A stretch of DNA of 64,000 bases, from assembly GCA_051294375.1 (NCBI GenBank), contig CM119270.1, forward strand, positions 1,200,311 to 1,264,310, read 5' to 3'. This DNA is from Paraspadella gotoi. Taxonomy: Eukaryota > Animalia > Chaetognatha. Position numbers and translations under genes: made by a program. The notes below the pieces were generated by a model, which saw only the letters and a list, made by a program, of their open reading frames with translations, was not told the DNA's origin and searched no databases. Below, piece by piece: positions 32,361 to 46,748 of the stretch; position 1 is the stretch's first letter, and each line of letters begins with the position of its first letter.

Positions 32361-34658
32361 TCACACCCCATCCCTCCTATCCCCCGCCTTTCCCGCCGCG
32401 ATCATGTTCGCCAGCTGCGCTCTGCTGGCGAGGACTCTCCGCCGCTGCTCCGACGCACATCCTGTACTGACCGGCGCCAACGCGGGATCGGCAGCGCCGC
32501 GAGTGGAATCGATGGACGAGTCCGGATCGCAGGCGCGCCAGACGGTCAGCTCGGCGCGCCGCAACGTAGACGATCGAGAGGCGACGTCTTCGCCGCCCCA
32601 ACCTCTCGTCGAGACGCCGTAGCCGCCGACGGAGGAGAAGTCTGCTTGTAGAGGCAGACCATCCCGAATCCGTAGGAGACCCAATGACCGGAAGAGTTTG
32701 GAGACGACGTCCGGAGAAGGGTTGAGGGCGGGAGAGGAGAATTGGCGACGATCTCGGGGTCCGTAGCGGGAAAGACGATTGGGTAGTAGACCGTCTGTTG
32801 TTTTGAGGAAAAAGGGCGGTTTAACAGATGGTGTAACAGATGGTTTTTTATTACGTATTCAATCTAAATTGGGTAGTAGACCGTCCTGTTGGATGAGGAA
32901 AAAGGGCGGTTAACAGATGGTGTAACAGATTGTTTTTTAGTACGTATTCAATCTAAATTGGGAGTAGAGACCGTCTGTTGGATGAGGAAAAAGGGCGGTT
33001 TAAAAGATGGTGTAACAGATGGTTTTTTATTACGTATTCAATCTAAATTGGGTTAGTAGACCGTCTGTTGGATGAGGAAAAAGGGCGTTTAACAGATGTG
33101 TACAGATGGTTTTTTTGTACTATTCAATCTAAATGGTAGTAGACCGTCTGTTGGATGAAGAAAAGGGCGGTTTTAACAGATGGTGTAACAGATGGTTTTT
33201 TTAGTACGTATTCAATCTAAATTGAATATGCAAAAAGATTATATATAAAAAGTCATAAAAGTTTCTTTCCGTCACAACATCAATCATCATCATCATCTCA
33301 CTCCATCTCCTCTCACCTTCCCCTTCTCGCCACAACTGGCATCGTTCCACGAATCCCTCGTCGAACGTCACGTCGGCGTCGACGAAAAACACCAGCGCGT
33401 CTTCGTCCACTTCCTTCGCACCAAATTCCATCCCCGCCGCCGCGTGAAGGCGCTACGAGTCTCCACTACCCGCACGTCCCGCCTCGGGCCCGTGGCGTCG
33501 CGAAGACGAGGGCGTGGCGCCGGACATTGGCTACGGCTTCGGCGTCGAGCGGCGTCGGTCCGTCGAAGACGACGACGATTAGAGCGCAGGCGAGACGACG
33601 TCGAGAACGCCGCGGGGACGCAGCGTTCAGCAGCGGCGTCTCCGAAGCAGACGGTTTCGTAATTGGCGACGAAATCGTCGAATCGATTTGAGAGACGCGC
33701 GACGGCGACGACGAAATGGACGAGGATCGAAGAAGAACGTCGACGTCTGCAACGTCGGTCAAGACGGCGGGAGCGAATGGCTTGAGGGCCGTGACGATGA
33801 GGCGACGGCCGATCGTCGCCGCCAAGACGGCGTCGACGATCATCTTGTGCTCTTCCGCCGCGGGTCGGGTCGAAGCGGCGCCAGCCCTTGATGCGATGAA
33901 AGGTGGAAGGAGGTTTTAACGCAATAATTTTAGCTCTTTATTTTTATTTAGCAAAAAATAGTAAACACAAAAATAAAATATCGTAAACTAAACCGTGAGT
34001 AAATGAAAAGGAGTAAGTGAATGACCGATTAATGTTTCATTCATTCAGTGACTGACGAAGAATGAATTTAAGGAAAGAAAAATTTACGTTGTTTTGATAT
34101 ATGAGTGAATGAAGGAAAGAAATAATCGATGAATGCATGAATTACGGGGTAAACGAATGTACTACTTCGATTCCCTCTTTCTAAAACATAATAGTAACGA
34201 AGAACGACAAGAACCGACGGGTCTCACCTGACGATACCCTTGCACCGTCCACCTCTTCCTCGGCACCGCACCCACCGGCCCGCCTGGCCCCGCCTTGGCC
34301 CTCGCGCTTCTCTCCCCCTCTCGTTGAGCAGGCGGTCGGCCTGGACGACCATGTCGGCCAAGTCGGCTTGTGATGTCGGGTGAGACCGATTCTGGGATCG
34401 TCGTCAACGTTGTTGTAGAGGAAGCGTCGATCGTAAGAGTTCGAAGCGAATGACTTCGTATCGAGTCTTGGGAGAAAGGGAGGAGAAGGGAGAAAGGGAG
34501 GAAGAGTGGAGGGAGGAGGAAGAGCCGGGGGAGAGCCCGTCTAGAAGGCGCGGGTGGCGAACCCGGCGACGAAGGCGACGAGCGGATCCGTTCGGAGGAG
34601 GAGCTGGAGCATTTGCGGAGATGGAGCGGAGGAGGCGGAGCGGGGAGGAGCGAATCAT
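32361..34658 (-). pseudogene. frameshifted mirror copy of the chondroitin GalNAc-transferase-like gene (likely artefact)
   Basis: MIRSSPLRLL.., FFVDADVTF.., GWGGEDV fragments broken by indels. Confidence 0.6.
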
Positions 34659-35109
34659 GGTGGAGTTAGGTCAAAGGTCAAACGCGATCAAAGATGAAAT
34701 ACGAAAGGGAACAGAAATTTATTTTGGTTTTTTTTTTTGTTTCGTCATTTCCGAGAAATCAGCAAAACGAAACAAGGTGGTTTTTTTTGTTTTCATTTCC
34801 GAGAATCGATATTCGACAAATAGTCGAATGCAACAACACTGTAACTTATAAACGACGAACGATGTGTCGTTGTCAAGTGACGAATCTCCAATGGATTGAT
34901 GATATGATGATCAACGGACGACGACCGACCACGGTTTATCTCAATCTCTAAAATCATTTCTACGAAAAAAAAAAAAAATCCAAGTTTAACTCGAACGAAC
35001 TTTTAATTAATGTAAAAAAATATAACATCACATGGATTAGTTGTCTCGTAGAGGGGGAAAATGTTCCCTCGGGGGTAACTCGTCGGTGGAAACAATTTGA
35101 TCAAAAAAC

Positions 35110-35179
<70 letters not shown>

Positions 35180-35776
35180 AGAGAGGAGAGAGAGGTCCGA
35201 GAGAGTCCAAACCAGTCTTTCCAGAACACCTATTCCCAAATCTATGGGAACAAAAATCATTTTTAGCTCGCGAGAGATAAGCAGATAATTGTTTACCGCT
35301 TTATCAAACTCTAAATCACTGTTACAGCAGTGCACTAATGTTAAATGATATATTGTTTATATGCTTTCCAAATAAATATACAATCAATGTATCAAGATTT
35401 TACCTAGGGAATTATTCATTCCGGAGAGAACTAAAGCCCGAAGGAAGACTAAGGACGAAGGACAGACATTCGTTTTCTTTGCTAAAAACCATTAATGTTT
35501 GATTCAGGAAAAAAAAAACAACTAAATAACCAAGAGTAGACTTTGTTCTTGAATGCCCAACATAAAATGAGTTTACATAAATATTTTATGTAAATGCAAA
35601 TTTCGGAAACGACATATTACCTCCCAAAGCGATCGAAAAAATTAAAATTTAAAAAAATTTTTTTATAAACGGATTTTAAAATAAAAAAAAAAATACTAAA
35701 TCATTTTTCTTTCCCCGCTTATAACTTATATACTACTTATGTAGTTACTACTGTTCGCCTTTATCGAAATATAATC

Positions 35777-38700
35777 TTAAACTTTGGAAGTTTCAACGGC
35801 GTTCGTTATCGCGTCGGATGAAGTCCGTTCGCGCCCCCCTTCTCCCCGCCACCATCATTCTCGCCGCCCCCACCACTCAATTTCGACTCGTCGACGACGA
35901 ACGACGGAACCTCGACCCCCTGGACCCTCGAAGGTTCGTGGGTGGGTTTCAGAGGAGTCGGCGCAGTCAGCGGATCCGCGATCGATTCCGAAGGCGTGTC
36001 GCGTAACCGGCGTCAACGGTGACGACCGGCGCGGCAAAGGCGGCGCCCTTTTCCTCCGTAGCGCCCTTTTCCGCCGAAGGAATCGAAGGCAGAGCGAATC
36101 GATCGAAAATCGAGGCCAATTTCTCTTCGCGCCGATGGAGGCTTTGGTGGCGCCGGAAGAAGGGGCTCGAGCTTTAGCTTTGGGCATCGGCGACGCCGGC
36201 GGCGAAAGACCGCCGCAGCGGCGTTCTTGTCTTCGCGACGCCGGGAATTATCGGCGGCGACGCGGGTCTCGTCGCCACTTCACCTCGAGGAAATTCGTCG
36301 TCTTCTTCCTTCATCCTCTTCCCCCTCTCCCCATTTCCTCCGTCTTTCTCCTCGTCTTCTCGCTGTTAATCTGTCTCTGTTGATCAACGTCCAAGACTTT
36401 GTCGTGTCCGTACTCGAACTTGAGGGACCCAGATCGATCCCGCCCTCTTCCTCATCCTCCTCTTCCTCCTCGTCCATGTCCTCGACGAGGACCGTCTCCG
36501 ATTCGCCTCCGTCGCCCGTCGCGACCGACTTGGGGACGACTTTGCCCGACAGGGTGCCTCGAATGCACTGGCGGAGCTCCGAGCAGGCTGACCACGCCCA
36601 CCAGGCGTCCGATTGTGTCACGTAGGCCTGTTTGAGGGCGAGCAGGGCGAAGAGGGAATGGACCTGCCGAGGGTTGTAGAGAAATGATTCAATAATATCT
36701 TCGTTCCTTAATCTCTTTGCATATTGTAGTAATGAACTTCTTTCCTTTTGTTTTGTATCTGATTGGGATTTAGTTTTAATGTTTTTGCCTTTATAGTTTC
36801 AATTCTCCACATTTTTTTCTCAAAAGTCAAATCATTCCATCACCGAATGTCCCATCTTTCTCCTTACCCCCCCACATTGTGCAACGATGTGTGAGCGACG
36901 AGTTGAAATGGAGCGGATCGATTGACGCATCATGATACTCGACCGTCTTGTCCAGCTGCCGCTCTCCCAACGCCGCTGCTCCGCTTCGCTCAATTCCAGA
37001 CGGCGCGGGGACGCCGCGGCGCCGAAAGACGGCCGCTTGTAGCCCGCGGGAAGCAGCCGCAGCCGCCCGCAGCCGCGGCCACATCGCCGGTGCTGCGGCC
37101 GAGGAAGCGTCCGAAGCCTCTGAGGAGGGAGGTGACGGAGCTCTGAAGCCGCGAGGGGAATCGGTGGGAGAGGATGCGGAGGAGAGGGGTTGAAAAGACT
37201 GGAGAGAGGTTGGGCTTTGGGTTTGGAGTCTTTGGGCGCGGCCGAGGATGAGGCGGCCGCGAAGGAGGTTTCTTTCTCCGCGGCGCCCAAAGGATGCTCT
37301 GTGCTTTGAGGACCTGATGTATACATGAATGGAGATACATGAATCCATTTTAATTTGTAAATCGAAAAATCGCGAAACAACCCCAAAACAACGAAGACGA
37401 CGAAATGACAATGGACGAATAACAACTGACAATGATTACCGACTAACATTACGAACTAACCCGAGTATGTGTGGTAAGGATTGTATTGCGGCGCGGCGGA
37501 CTTTCGCACGCGTTGGGCACCGCGGAATCGTCGCCGGAACCGAGAAAGAATTTGGGTTTAACGTCGTCGAAGGTTTGACTGTGTTTGAGTATGCTCTTGC
37601 CCGCTTGGCGCTGGCAGAGGGCAGACCGTGGACGGTACGATGGGCCAATAGGGCGAAGAGTTGCCGCCGAATTGCCAGCCTCGACTGTAGGCCGCCATGG
37701 CACGGAGTTGCTCTTTCACACTGAGAGGAAGAAAATACGGTAAGGGGAAATACAGGAACAGAGCAAAGAGTCGTTTCGATTCCCCGAAAATAATTAACTC
37801 TTAAAAACAACTCACCAACTCCAATCCCCATAATTGGGAATGTCGTCCAACAAAAGAATTGCTGCTTCTGTTCCTCCTCATCATAGCGGGCGAAGCTCCA
37901 GCGCTTCCTCCCGCTCCTGCAGCGCCGCCTCCACCCCTCTCCTCCGCTCCTCCCCAGCCTTCGTCCGGAGCAGAGCCCTCGCTCCTTCCCGATCTCCCGG
38001 TCCAGCAAACAGCTCCACCGGCTCGCTGAACCGACCCCAGCAGGATCATGTGCTGGTGAGAGTCGACGAGCGGATAGGCTCGGAGCTTGGTCTTGTCCAG
38101 CAGGAGTTTGATCTCTCGATAGGTGGAGGATGTGTAGGTGATGTAGAAGATGTCCTTGATCATAAAGTCGTCGACGAAGACGTTGAAAGAGGCGGAGTTG
38201 CCCGTGGTGATGTCGGGCAGGTAGGGCAGCTTCTTGATGCGGATGATGGAGTCGAAGATGTTCGTCTCGATCTTTTTGGCGACGAAGTTGGCGATGAGGA
38301 CGGCGAAAGTTAAGGAGAGGATGTGGTTGATTTGGCCCGTCAGTTCGCACACGATTACCTTTGATGTAGAAGGAGGCCGTTTTGATTTCCATATTTGGAA
38401 AGATTTGATGTTTTAGATTAAATTCGGGATGCATAAACGACAACATCAATTTTGTAGCAGAAATAATTTGTGGTTTATTTAAGTGAGATTAAGTTCTTCA
38501 ATCTCATTTACATTTTGTAGCAGCTTAGATCATTTCTCAAATCTTTTGATACAGTTTCATAGTAGTCTAATTTTACGGTTTTAGCAATACTTTTAATAGG
38601 TTTTAATAATGATTTATTTTTTCCAAATTAATATCAAATATTTCATTGAAGAATCACTGATCAGGATGAAATGAATTAACTACAACATTTGCTCAATAAA

Positions 38701-41434
38701 ATAAACCCATCATCATCTCTCACCGTGGTGGATATTGTATGAGTAGAAGCCCAGCGAAGGAAGCGGCTCCGACGACCGCGTATCCGCCGGGAATGATAAA
38801 GTGTTTTTCGTGGAATCCGTCGGGAAACCACGACGCCATCGCTTCGCCCACGAGCGCCCCTTGGCGGCGCCGAGAACGAAGACGGGGATGAAGGCGCCGG
38901 CCGGAACCGGAAGCGTGATGCAGATGACGCCATCCAAAAGTTCATAAGGATGAAGACTACGAGGTGATGTAGACCTCTTTAGTGTCGGTTCCCTGGCGCC
39001 AGTTGTTCAGGATTGCCTTAATGGAGGAGAAAGAAAGTAAGGTAAGTAAAAAAGAATAGGGGAGGAAAAAAAGAAACCGACCTCTCATAAACGTTAGGGT
39101 TAGAAACGCGGTCGCGTCCAAGTAAAGTTGGAGAAAAGCTGCTGCACGGCCGATTTTTGAGTTAGGCCACCGCCATGTATCGACCTGTTAAGAAAAGTGA
39201 AATTAGTAAATCAATACAAAATAAATCATTCAATAAATAAGCTATCGTGGCCTTCTGGATTCATCAATCAAATCAAATTCCTCCAAATTCTCACCCAACG
39301 AAACGGACACGACATAGACAGACGAGCAGGCGCACCAAAAAACGGATAAATGAAATCGATTCCGCTGCAGGAATTTATTGAGCGTCCGCTGCCCGCGATC
39401 AGCAGCACGAAGCGGCGTGACAGTTGACGAAGAGGGCGCCGCCGAAGCCGCAGAGGACGCCGAGCCCGACGTAGGCGAGGATTCCAGCGATGATAGGCGA
39501 AATCGAGGAGAATTAGTCCTGAAAGGCGGTGATGTTTGCTCTTGGCCGAGAAGAACGTCGAGGATTCTGGAAGAAAAAGGGGGCAAGGGGTTGAGGAATG
39601 TGGAAGTTGATGGCGTCGGGCTCTTGACTTGCCTTAAAGGGTCAGTTTAAGGATAGACCCTCAATTATTAAATTCTTAATCATTCCTAGAAAATATCCCC
39701 ATGTAATTTATGAATGATTAGGACTAATAAACAATAAAAATAAACATCATAAAACCGCTATAGTGTCACATATTGAAAACAACCTTCGAGCCAACGCAAT
39801 TCTGAATAAATTTACTACTATATGCAAATAGGTTTAATGGTTATTCTAAGAAACCATCTGTTTAAACCCTTACCATAAACATAAGCGCGTGCTCTGCAAA
39901 CGGCCGGACGAGAACCCGCGCCAATAATTGCTGACGGCGGAAAAGAGTCGATGTTACTTCGATGGAGAAGAGACGCCGCCTATCGGCGCCGCGAAGCTGG
40001 CATGCCACGCCCACTGCGGCTACGCAGCGGCCAGCATCATTCGAATTAATGGCGAGACTCGTTCTCATAGAGCCCTTGGGACCGGCCAGTTTTGCCCAAA
40101 GGGGTGCCACGATAGAGGGAAATGTGGACAAAAGGGACCTCTTTGCCAAAGGGGAGGCCGGCTGCCGAGGGCCGCCACACGAGGCCCACCACTTGACAAT
40201 TAAAAGAATAGGCGTTTGATTCTGACCACATTTACCCACAGAGGAGTCCGTAATACTTCTTACCTTGGACACGCGGTTGCGAAAGGAGAGATACTCCTTG
40301 AGAATGAACTCCGCGCAAATGGTTTTCATTCTGGGATCCGCTGCCGCATGGCGTTGGGGGAGAGATGTGGACGAAATCCTGGTGCTGAAGAAGGATGAAA
40401 GACGATGGTGAAAAAGGACCAGGGTACGAACTGGAGGGCGGGGCTGAAAGCTGAACGGTGGGGGGGAGAGAGAAGGGGGAATGGTGAGTGGTGTGTAAGA
40501 GAACATGGAGAGTAAGTTAGAGTAAGTTAGAAGTGAAGCAGAATCTCGGCGGCAATTCCACATTGCTGGCGAATTTATAATGCTTCTCTTCTAGATTTTT
40601 CAAGCCTCAACTCTCAAAACAGTAAGGAGCCCCCACACGATATAATTACTTCTTTACTTCTTCAGGCCCAAATATTCATTTTGAGAAATCGCCAACATTT
40701 CTAGAACAAGAAATTCCCCCACCGTTTTTTTTTTCTCATTCAACTCCAAAAAGAGGCCATTGTGGGCGTAGTGGCACATTGGCGACGCCCAATCGATGGC
40801 GAGGCGAATGAGAGCATGATGAGGCGCGGAGAGAAGGGAAGAACCAATCCTCGCTCCCACGTGGGCGAAGAGAAAGTTGCGAGGCGCGGCGGAGCCAGCG
40901 GCCAAGCGGGCCCACCTGGCGAAAACCGGGGGAGCCTTTCGCGAAATCGGGTGAAGGGGGAGGAGTTTCGGGGGAGGGCTGGGAGAGATGAGGGGAGGAT
41001 AAAGGTTAACTCGGTTCACTTTAGGTAATGTTATCGTAAATTAATGTCCCAATAATTAATAACAGGTCATTTAAAGCCGTCGCAATAAGTGTCGCATTTG
41101 ATTTTTGAATTCCTTCCCGAGCGGTTAATTTTCGCTTGCCTCTACTTGGCTAATTTAGTAAGGTTTTGTTATAATCAAATTGACCAAAATAGCAAAGGTT
41201 CAGGGGAATCATAAACCGTCTCCATATCCCCATTCCCTGCAGTTCCCCCCACCCTTGCCCCCCTCCTTACCTCTCGTCCCTCGTCCGCCTTCTCCGCTCT
41301 TCTCCCTCTCTTTCCTCCCTCAACTTTTCACCTCGTCCACTTCCTTCTTCGTCTCGGCGGGCCAAATCCTTCAGTATTGCCCGTAATCAACGTCTGTGAT
41401 AGCCGAAAGCTTGCGGAGTCTCCAGGGCGGACAT
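35777..41434 (-). pseudogene. frameshifted mirror copy of the ClC channel gene (likely artefact)
   Basis: [17 protein letters not shown] and [10 protein letters not shown] fragments; introns also copied. Confidence 0.6.
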
Positions 41435-42094
41435 TGTCTCTGTCCTCTTACCCAGTGGGAGAAATAAGAGAGAAAAAACGAGGGCGACAATGGGTATTGT
41501 CTCGCAAGCTTTTTGCGTGAATGTAAATTCCAGGAGTTATGTTTTTTTTGTTTATCTTTGTTTTCAGTATTTTTGGAACATTTTCTTCGGTTTCTCTTTT
41601 TCGTTTATTTGTTCAGTTTTCAACGTTAGTTTAATTCTCGAAGTTTTTAAAGGTGGGAATGTATCTAAGTTTTTGTATCACAGCGGGAGTTTATTTACAT
41701 TTTGTTTTTAATTAACATCTGAACCAAAAATAAACTTTATCGATGAAAAAAAACAAAACAAACAACAAAGATTTGAGGATGGTATCAAATCGTCATGATC
41801 GTCCGATAAAACAGAAAGAGATCAAATATATCAACGAGGCAAAAAAGAATAGCATGATAAATAATGGCAAACAATACAAAATGCAACTCAATTAAACGGA
41901 TAAGTTTCCTCGCGAAATCAGTAAAACTTTTGGTAAAATAAAGTAATAACGGCGAACTAAAGTCGGGTAAATAAAAACTAAATTGTGGTTCATTGCAAAT
42001 TGAACAACTGGATCACAAAAAAGTAAAGAAACGAACAATATGGCCACAAAAAAAGAGCGCGAGAACGAAATGGCTTCATTTGATTCTTTTTTTT

Positions 42095-45000
42095 TTAATC
42101 CCCAGTCGGTTCTCTCGCCGCCTGCATCACGCGAAACCTTTGGCCCACAACCGGCCGCCAAGCATCTCCACGCGGCGCCCGCCGCATCTTTCCCCAATCG
42201 TCCGCCGTCGACGCGCCGTGTGTCAACGGATAACGTTCTTAGTCTGCCGCGAGCGTCGGCGCCGCCCACCTTCGCGCCGCCACGCGCGCAAGGCCCGGGC
42301 GATGTCCTGTAGCCACTGAGGGACCTCCATACTCGCAGTTCAATGAGCTGCGTGGGACGAGGGGTCGGCCATCTTTTGATCTCGCTTCGTTGGGTCGAAG
42401 AAGTAAGGGCGCGGCCGACCGTTGCCGCAAGCGACCTGAGCGTCCGATGCGGTGGACCTAGGGGGTTAAGGGAGAGGGTAAGTGATTACAAACGGTTACC
42501 GACTGATGGAGACGAATCGTGAACAACAATTTCCGATTACTATTATGATATCTATCTCTCGACTCAGTTCATCGATTCACTCGGTAAAAGTTTCAAATTA
42601 TAAACGATTCGACGTTGGAATGTCTAGGAGGTGGTCCTTCCTGGCGGCAAGTTGGTAGCGATATGAGGACTCGCCGTTTTGGACCGAAAGTCCCGCGAAG
42701 CCGCGCTCCCGTCCCGCGCAATCCTAATTTAGTTGTAAATTATTTGTTCGTCGCATCTTTCATGCTAGATGCATCTCCCCCTCTCATCTCATCTTATCGG
42801 TACAACATTTAGAGCAACTTGTGATTCTCGTTTCAATGAGATAATTCTTTCTCCAATCTCATTGCATTTTGAAGCAGTTTATACTATTTCTCCATATCTT
42901 TTGATTCGGTTTTTAAGACATTACAATCAATTTACTACAATTATTATGCGTTTAGTCTTATAAATAACATGACAAAACCTGTCGCGGTGAATGAGGTCGT
43001 TGAGAATCCAGTTGCACAAAAATAACAGAAGCGATGAAGTCGGCGCAGCGCTTTTGTCCGACGAGACGAGCGTCCGTCGCCGGCGACGCTGCGGAGCACC
43101 TGCCGACTCTTCGTTTTGTCGAACTGCGGCACTTGAAGGTGGTTTGATCCACGTCGGAGTTGGCGGCCGCCGACGATGCCCACCGTACGAAGATGGTAGG
43201 ACTGAAGCGACGGGAAAAGTACATAAATTGAACTGATGAATATAACGTCGTAATGAAGTTAAAATGAGTAACAGATTACAACTATTTTAAAAATTTCCAA
43301 AACATTTTTTCAAATACCTTCATAAACTCGCTGCCAATCTTGAATCGGTTCGGAAAGTGGCGCTGAACATTAGCGTCTGACGCGCCTCCTTGGGCGTCAT
43401 CCCCGCCGCCTCGATCTTGCGAATCGCGGGTTCGAACCCCATGTCAAATCCTGGGTCGCTTCGTCGAGGACGAAAGTAAAATTGATCTTTCCCGACCGAC
43501 CTTTCCTCTCTCCACAAAGTCTAGGATCGACCGGGTGTGGCGAGAGGATAGTCGCAGCCTTCTCTCCAACCGCCATCTGAGACGAGGTGTGCCACGCCTC
43601 CGTAGGCCCACCACGCGTTCAAACATCGTCCCTAATTTTTCCATGCAGAAACTTGACGGCCTCGAGTGAGTCTGACGGCCAACTCCGGGCGGGGCCACCA
43701 CGAGGGCTGGCGGGCTCTGCTGGGCCGAGTAGCCCGAGAGAGGGCGTTGCTCCTTCAAGATGCCGTGATGATGGAAGAAGGAAGCGGCGGTTTTGCGCTG
43801 CCTCGTCTGGCGCAGGCCATGAGGTCGCGCCGGAAGCGACGATGGGGGATGGCGTATTTCTGGATCGGGATGGGGTTTTTTTGTAGCCCGACTTTGGACT
43901 TGGCGAAGGTTGTCGAAAGACCGCCTCGGCGAAGAAGTTGGATTTTGAGTTTGTCTTGTCCCGCTGAACCGGAGAACTTCCACGTCGATGGAATCGTATT
44001 CTGAAAGTGAAGAAAAAGATTACAATATGAGCCAAGATTATTATTTAGTCCGATAATTTGAAGCTAAAATATGCTATAGATAATAATATCAATCGTGGAT
44101 AGAAAAACCGCAAAAAGGGTAGGTAAAAAGGTTCAGAGGTATATACCAATGTCCACAACACATCACTCACTCCTCACCTCTCCCTCTCACTTGTCCGACA
44201 GTTAGCATGCCACGTTGCATCGCGCACTGAAGAAGCGTTACCTCCTCCGAGCCTCGTCATAACCAGCATACTGTTCCGGGGCGTAAGTGGGGTTGTGGAC
44301 GGCAGTTTCCCGTCGATCTCGGTGGTTTTCCCCTTCGGGGATGACGTGCAGTCCGCGCGAAGTTGTCCCTCGTTGCCGCAACGACAGAACTTCCCGTGTC
44401 GGCCGGTTTGGTCGGCAGTCGCGGAATCAGGTGACCCTCCTGAAGGGGGATAAGGAACGGTCGTAAAGTTTTTTCATTTTTCTTTTCTCCGCTTTGTCAT
44501 CTCCACGATTAATCAGTTAAACCTCTTTGCCAGTAGCGACATTTATTGTCGTCGTCCTGGGCAGGACGAGTGGGCAATCTCGTACCATGTGGCCTTCCTA
44601 TATTATAAAACGAAATGGGTATCGATTATTTAACATATAAACTGGGGCAATGACTTTAAAAATCATACGCTCTTTACAATATCGAACAATTTTTTGCGTT
44701 GTCCGATTTGGTTTTGGACACTCTCTGGCAAAATGTCCCTCCTAGAAAAAATTTACATAAGCATATTAATATTAAAACTAACGAAGTAATGGGCTTAATC
44801 AGGGGCAGATAGCTCATTTATTAATGAATGGGATAATTTTTATCATTGGTTGTACCAATTGATTCAAGCACCCCAAAATCAATCCTAGAGTCCCGTTATA
44901 ATTTTCGAAGTTTTTGAAAAAAGAGGAATTAACCTGGTCGCCGCAATTGCGACAGGGGAGTTGCTTTTTAGAGGTCGCCTCTGCATTCCCGCCGAATCCG

Positions 45001-45777
45001 CCGCCAAAGAAAAACCCGCCTCCTTCGCTGGGCTGCCCACCGGTCCGCCCTGCTTAGGCAAATCGCGGAGACATGTGGTCCCTCTTCTCCGCACTTGAAG
45101 CAAGCCTCTTGACCACCACCGCCGCCCTCGACCTCCGCTTGGGCATTCCCTGGAACAGTGGCCCTCTCTCCGCACTTGGAGCAAGCCTCTTGAAGCCACC
45201 AACCCCTCCTCCGCTTGGGCATCCTGACATTGGCCTTGCCTCCCCACACTTAAGCAAAAGCTCTTTGAAGCCCCGCACCACACTACTCCAATGGCATTCC
45301 CTTGACATGTGACCCCTTCTCCCACTTGAGCAGCTCTTTGAGCCACCGCCACTACCTCCACTTGGGCATTCTCCATTCGAACATGTGGCCCTCTTCTCCA
45401 CATTTATAGCAAGCTCTTGAACCACCAACTAACACCGCCTCCGCTTGGGCATTCCTCGACATGTGGCTTCTTTCTTTTCTCCATCATTTAACTCACCACT
45501 AAATCTACTGAGGCTTGGTTGGGCAATCTTTTTAATTTCATGTGCCCTCCTAGAAAAAAGAAGTTGACGCTAAAGAGAGTTAAATCCACATCATCATTTA
45601 ACATGAAGAGCATACGAAGACCGAAAATGAGGAATAAAAAAAAAAAACCCCGAATTTTCCCTCACTCTGCTTGCAATTAACGGCGTAGATCCGCCGCGAC
45701 CGCACTGGCGGGGAGAACGAAACCGCCACCAACCGGATGTCGCGCCGCCGGAGCTTCGTCAACCGCGTCGTCACCCT
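42095..45777 (-). pseudogene. heavily frameshifted mirror copy of vasa paralogue B (likely artefact)
   Basis: [22 protein letters not shown] and knuckle remnants. Confidence 0.6.
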
Positions 45778-46748
45778 GCGAGATTCGAAAAAAAAAACGA
45801 TTTCCGGAATAGGGGAAAACAAAACTGCCAACTCGAGTCGCGGAAATCTTAACTGTACTGACTCGCTTATTCGAAACGGCGAGGGTCCTGATGCCTAAAT
45901 GCCGGGTTTTAAAAAACTTGGAAGAAAAAAGAAAAAAGGTTATAGCTGTAAAACCAAAAGAAAGAAAGAACTAATTAAATGGGGCAAAAAAAAAAAAAAA
46001 AAAAAAAATAAATAAAAATTTAACGGAAACAAACAGAAACCGAGTACGACGTTCCAGAATAACAGAAAAGATCCATCAAAAATTAGGCAATTATAAAACG
46101 CGAATTAATGATTGATCGAAATTTGCGCGTCAAATATTATAACAATACTGAGGTGTTTAAATTCACCTGATCGAGTCGACAATGGCATCTTAGCCGCCGA
46201 GTTTTTAAAAAAAAACTTATCGTAGAAACTAAAGTTAAACAAACAATTTTTTTTTTTTGGAAAACTCGAAATAAAAATAAAATTAAGGCGCGTCAATGCA
46301 TCGCGTCGCCGTGGGAAAAAGTTGGTGGGCAAACAATCGGAAATGAACTAAATCGATCGTTATTAATTCTAATTAATTACATTTACTTAAACGGATAACG
46401 TGGGGATAAAGGAAAGATAATGCTAAAATTGTTTTCTTCGCGAAAAATAACCTCATATAAACAAAGGCACCCGCGCCACCTCTTCTGTTTGGGATAGGGT
46501 ATCACGTCCGGAACTGTGCGTGTCAGAGGCAATGGAGGGTTTTTTCGCTAATAAATATTCCCAGTGCCCGCCAGATCTGCCTTAAAAAAACCCTTCCTTT
46601 AACAAATTCTCCATACCATCCGACCAGAAGCAAAACGACATTCAATCTTCCCTTTTCCTCTTTCTTTCATAACCGCCATACCGGACCACCGGGTCCCAGC
46701 CCACCCCCACGTTGTGAGAACACAAATCCGGGGTCGGGTTCCTCTTCT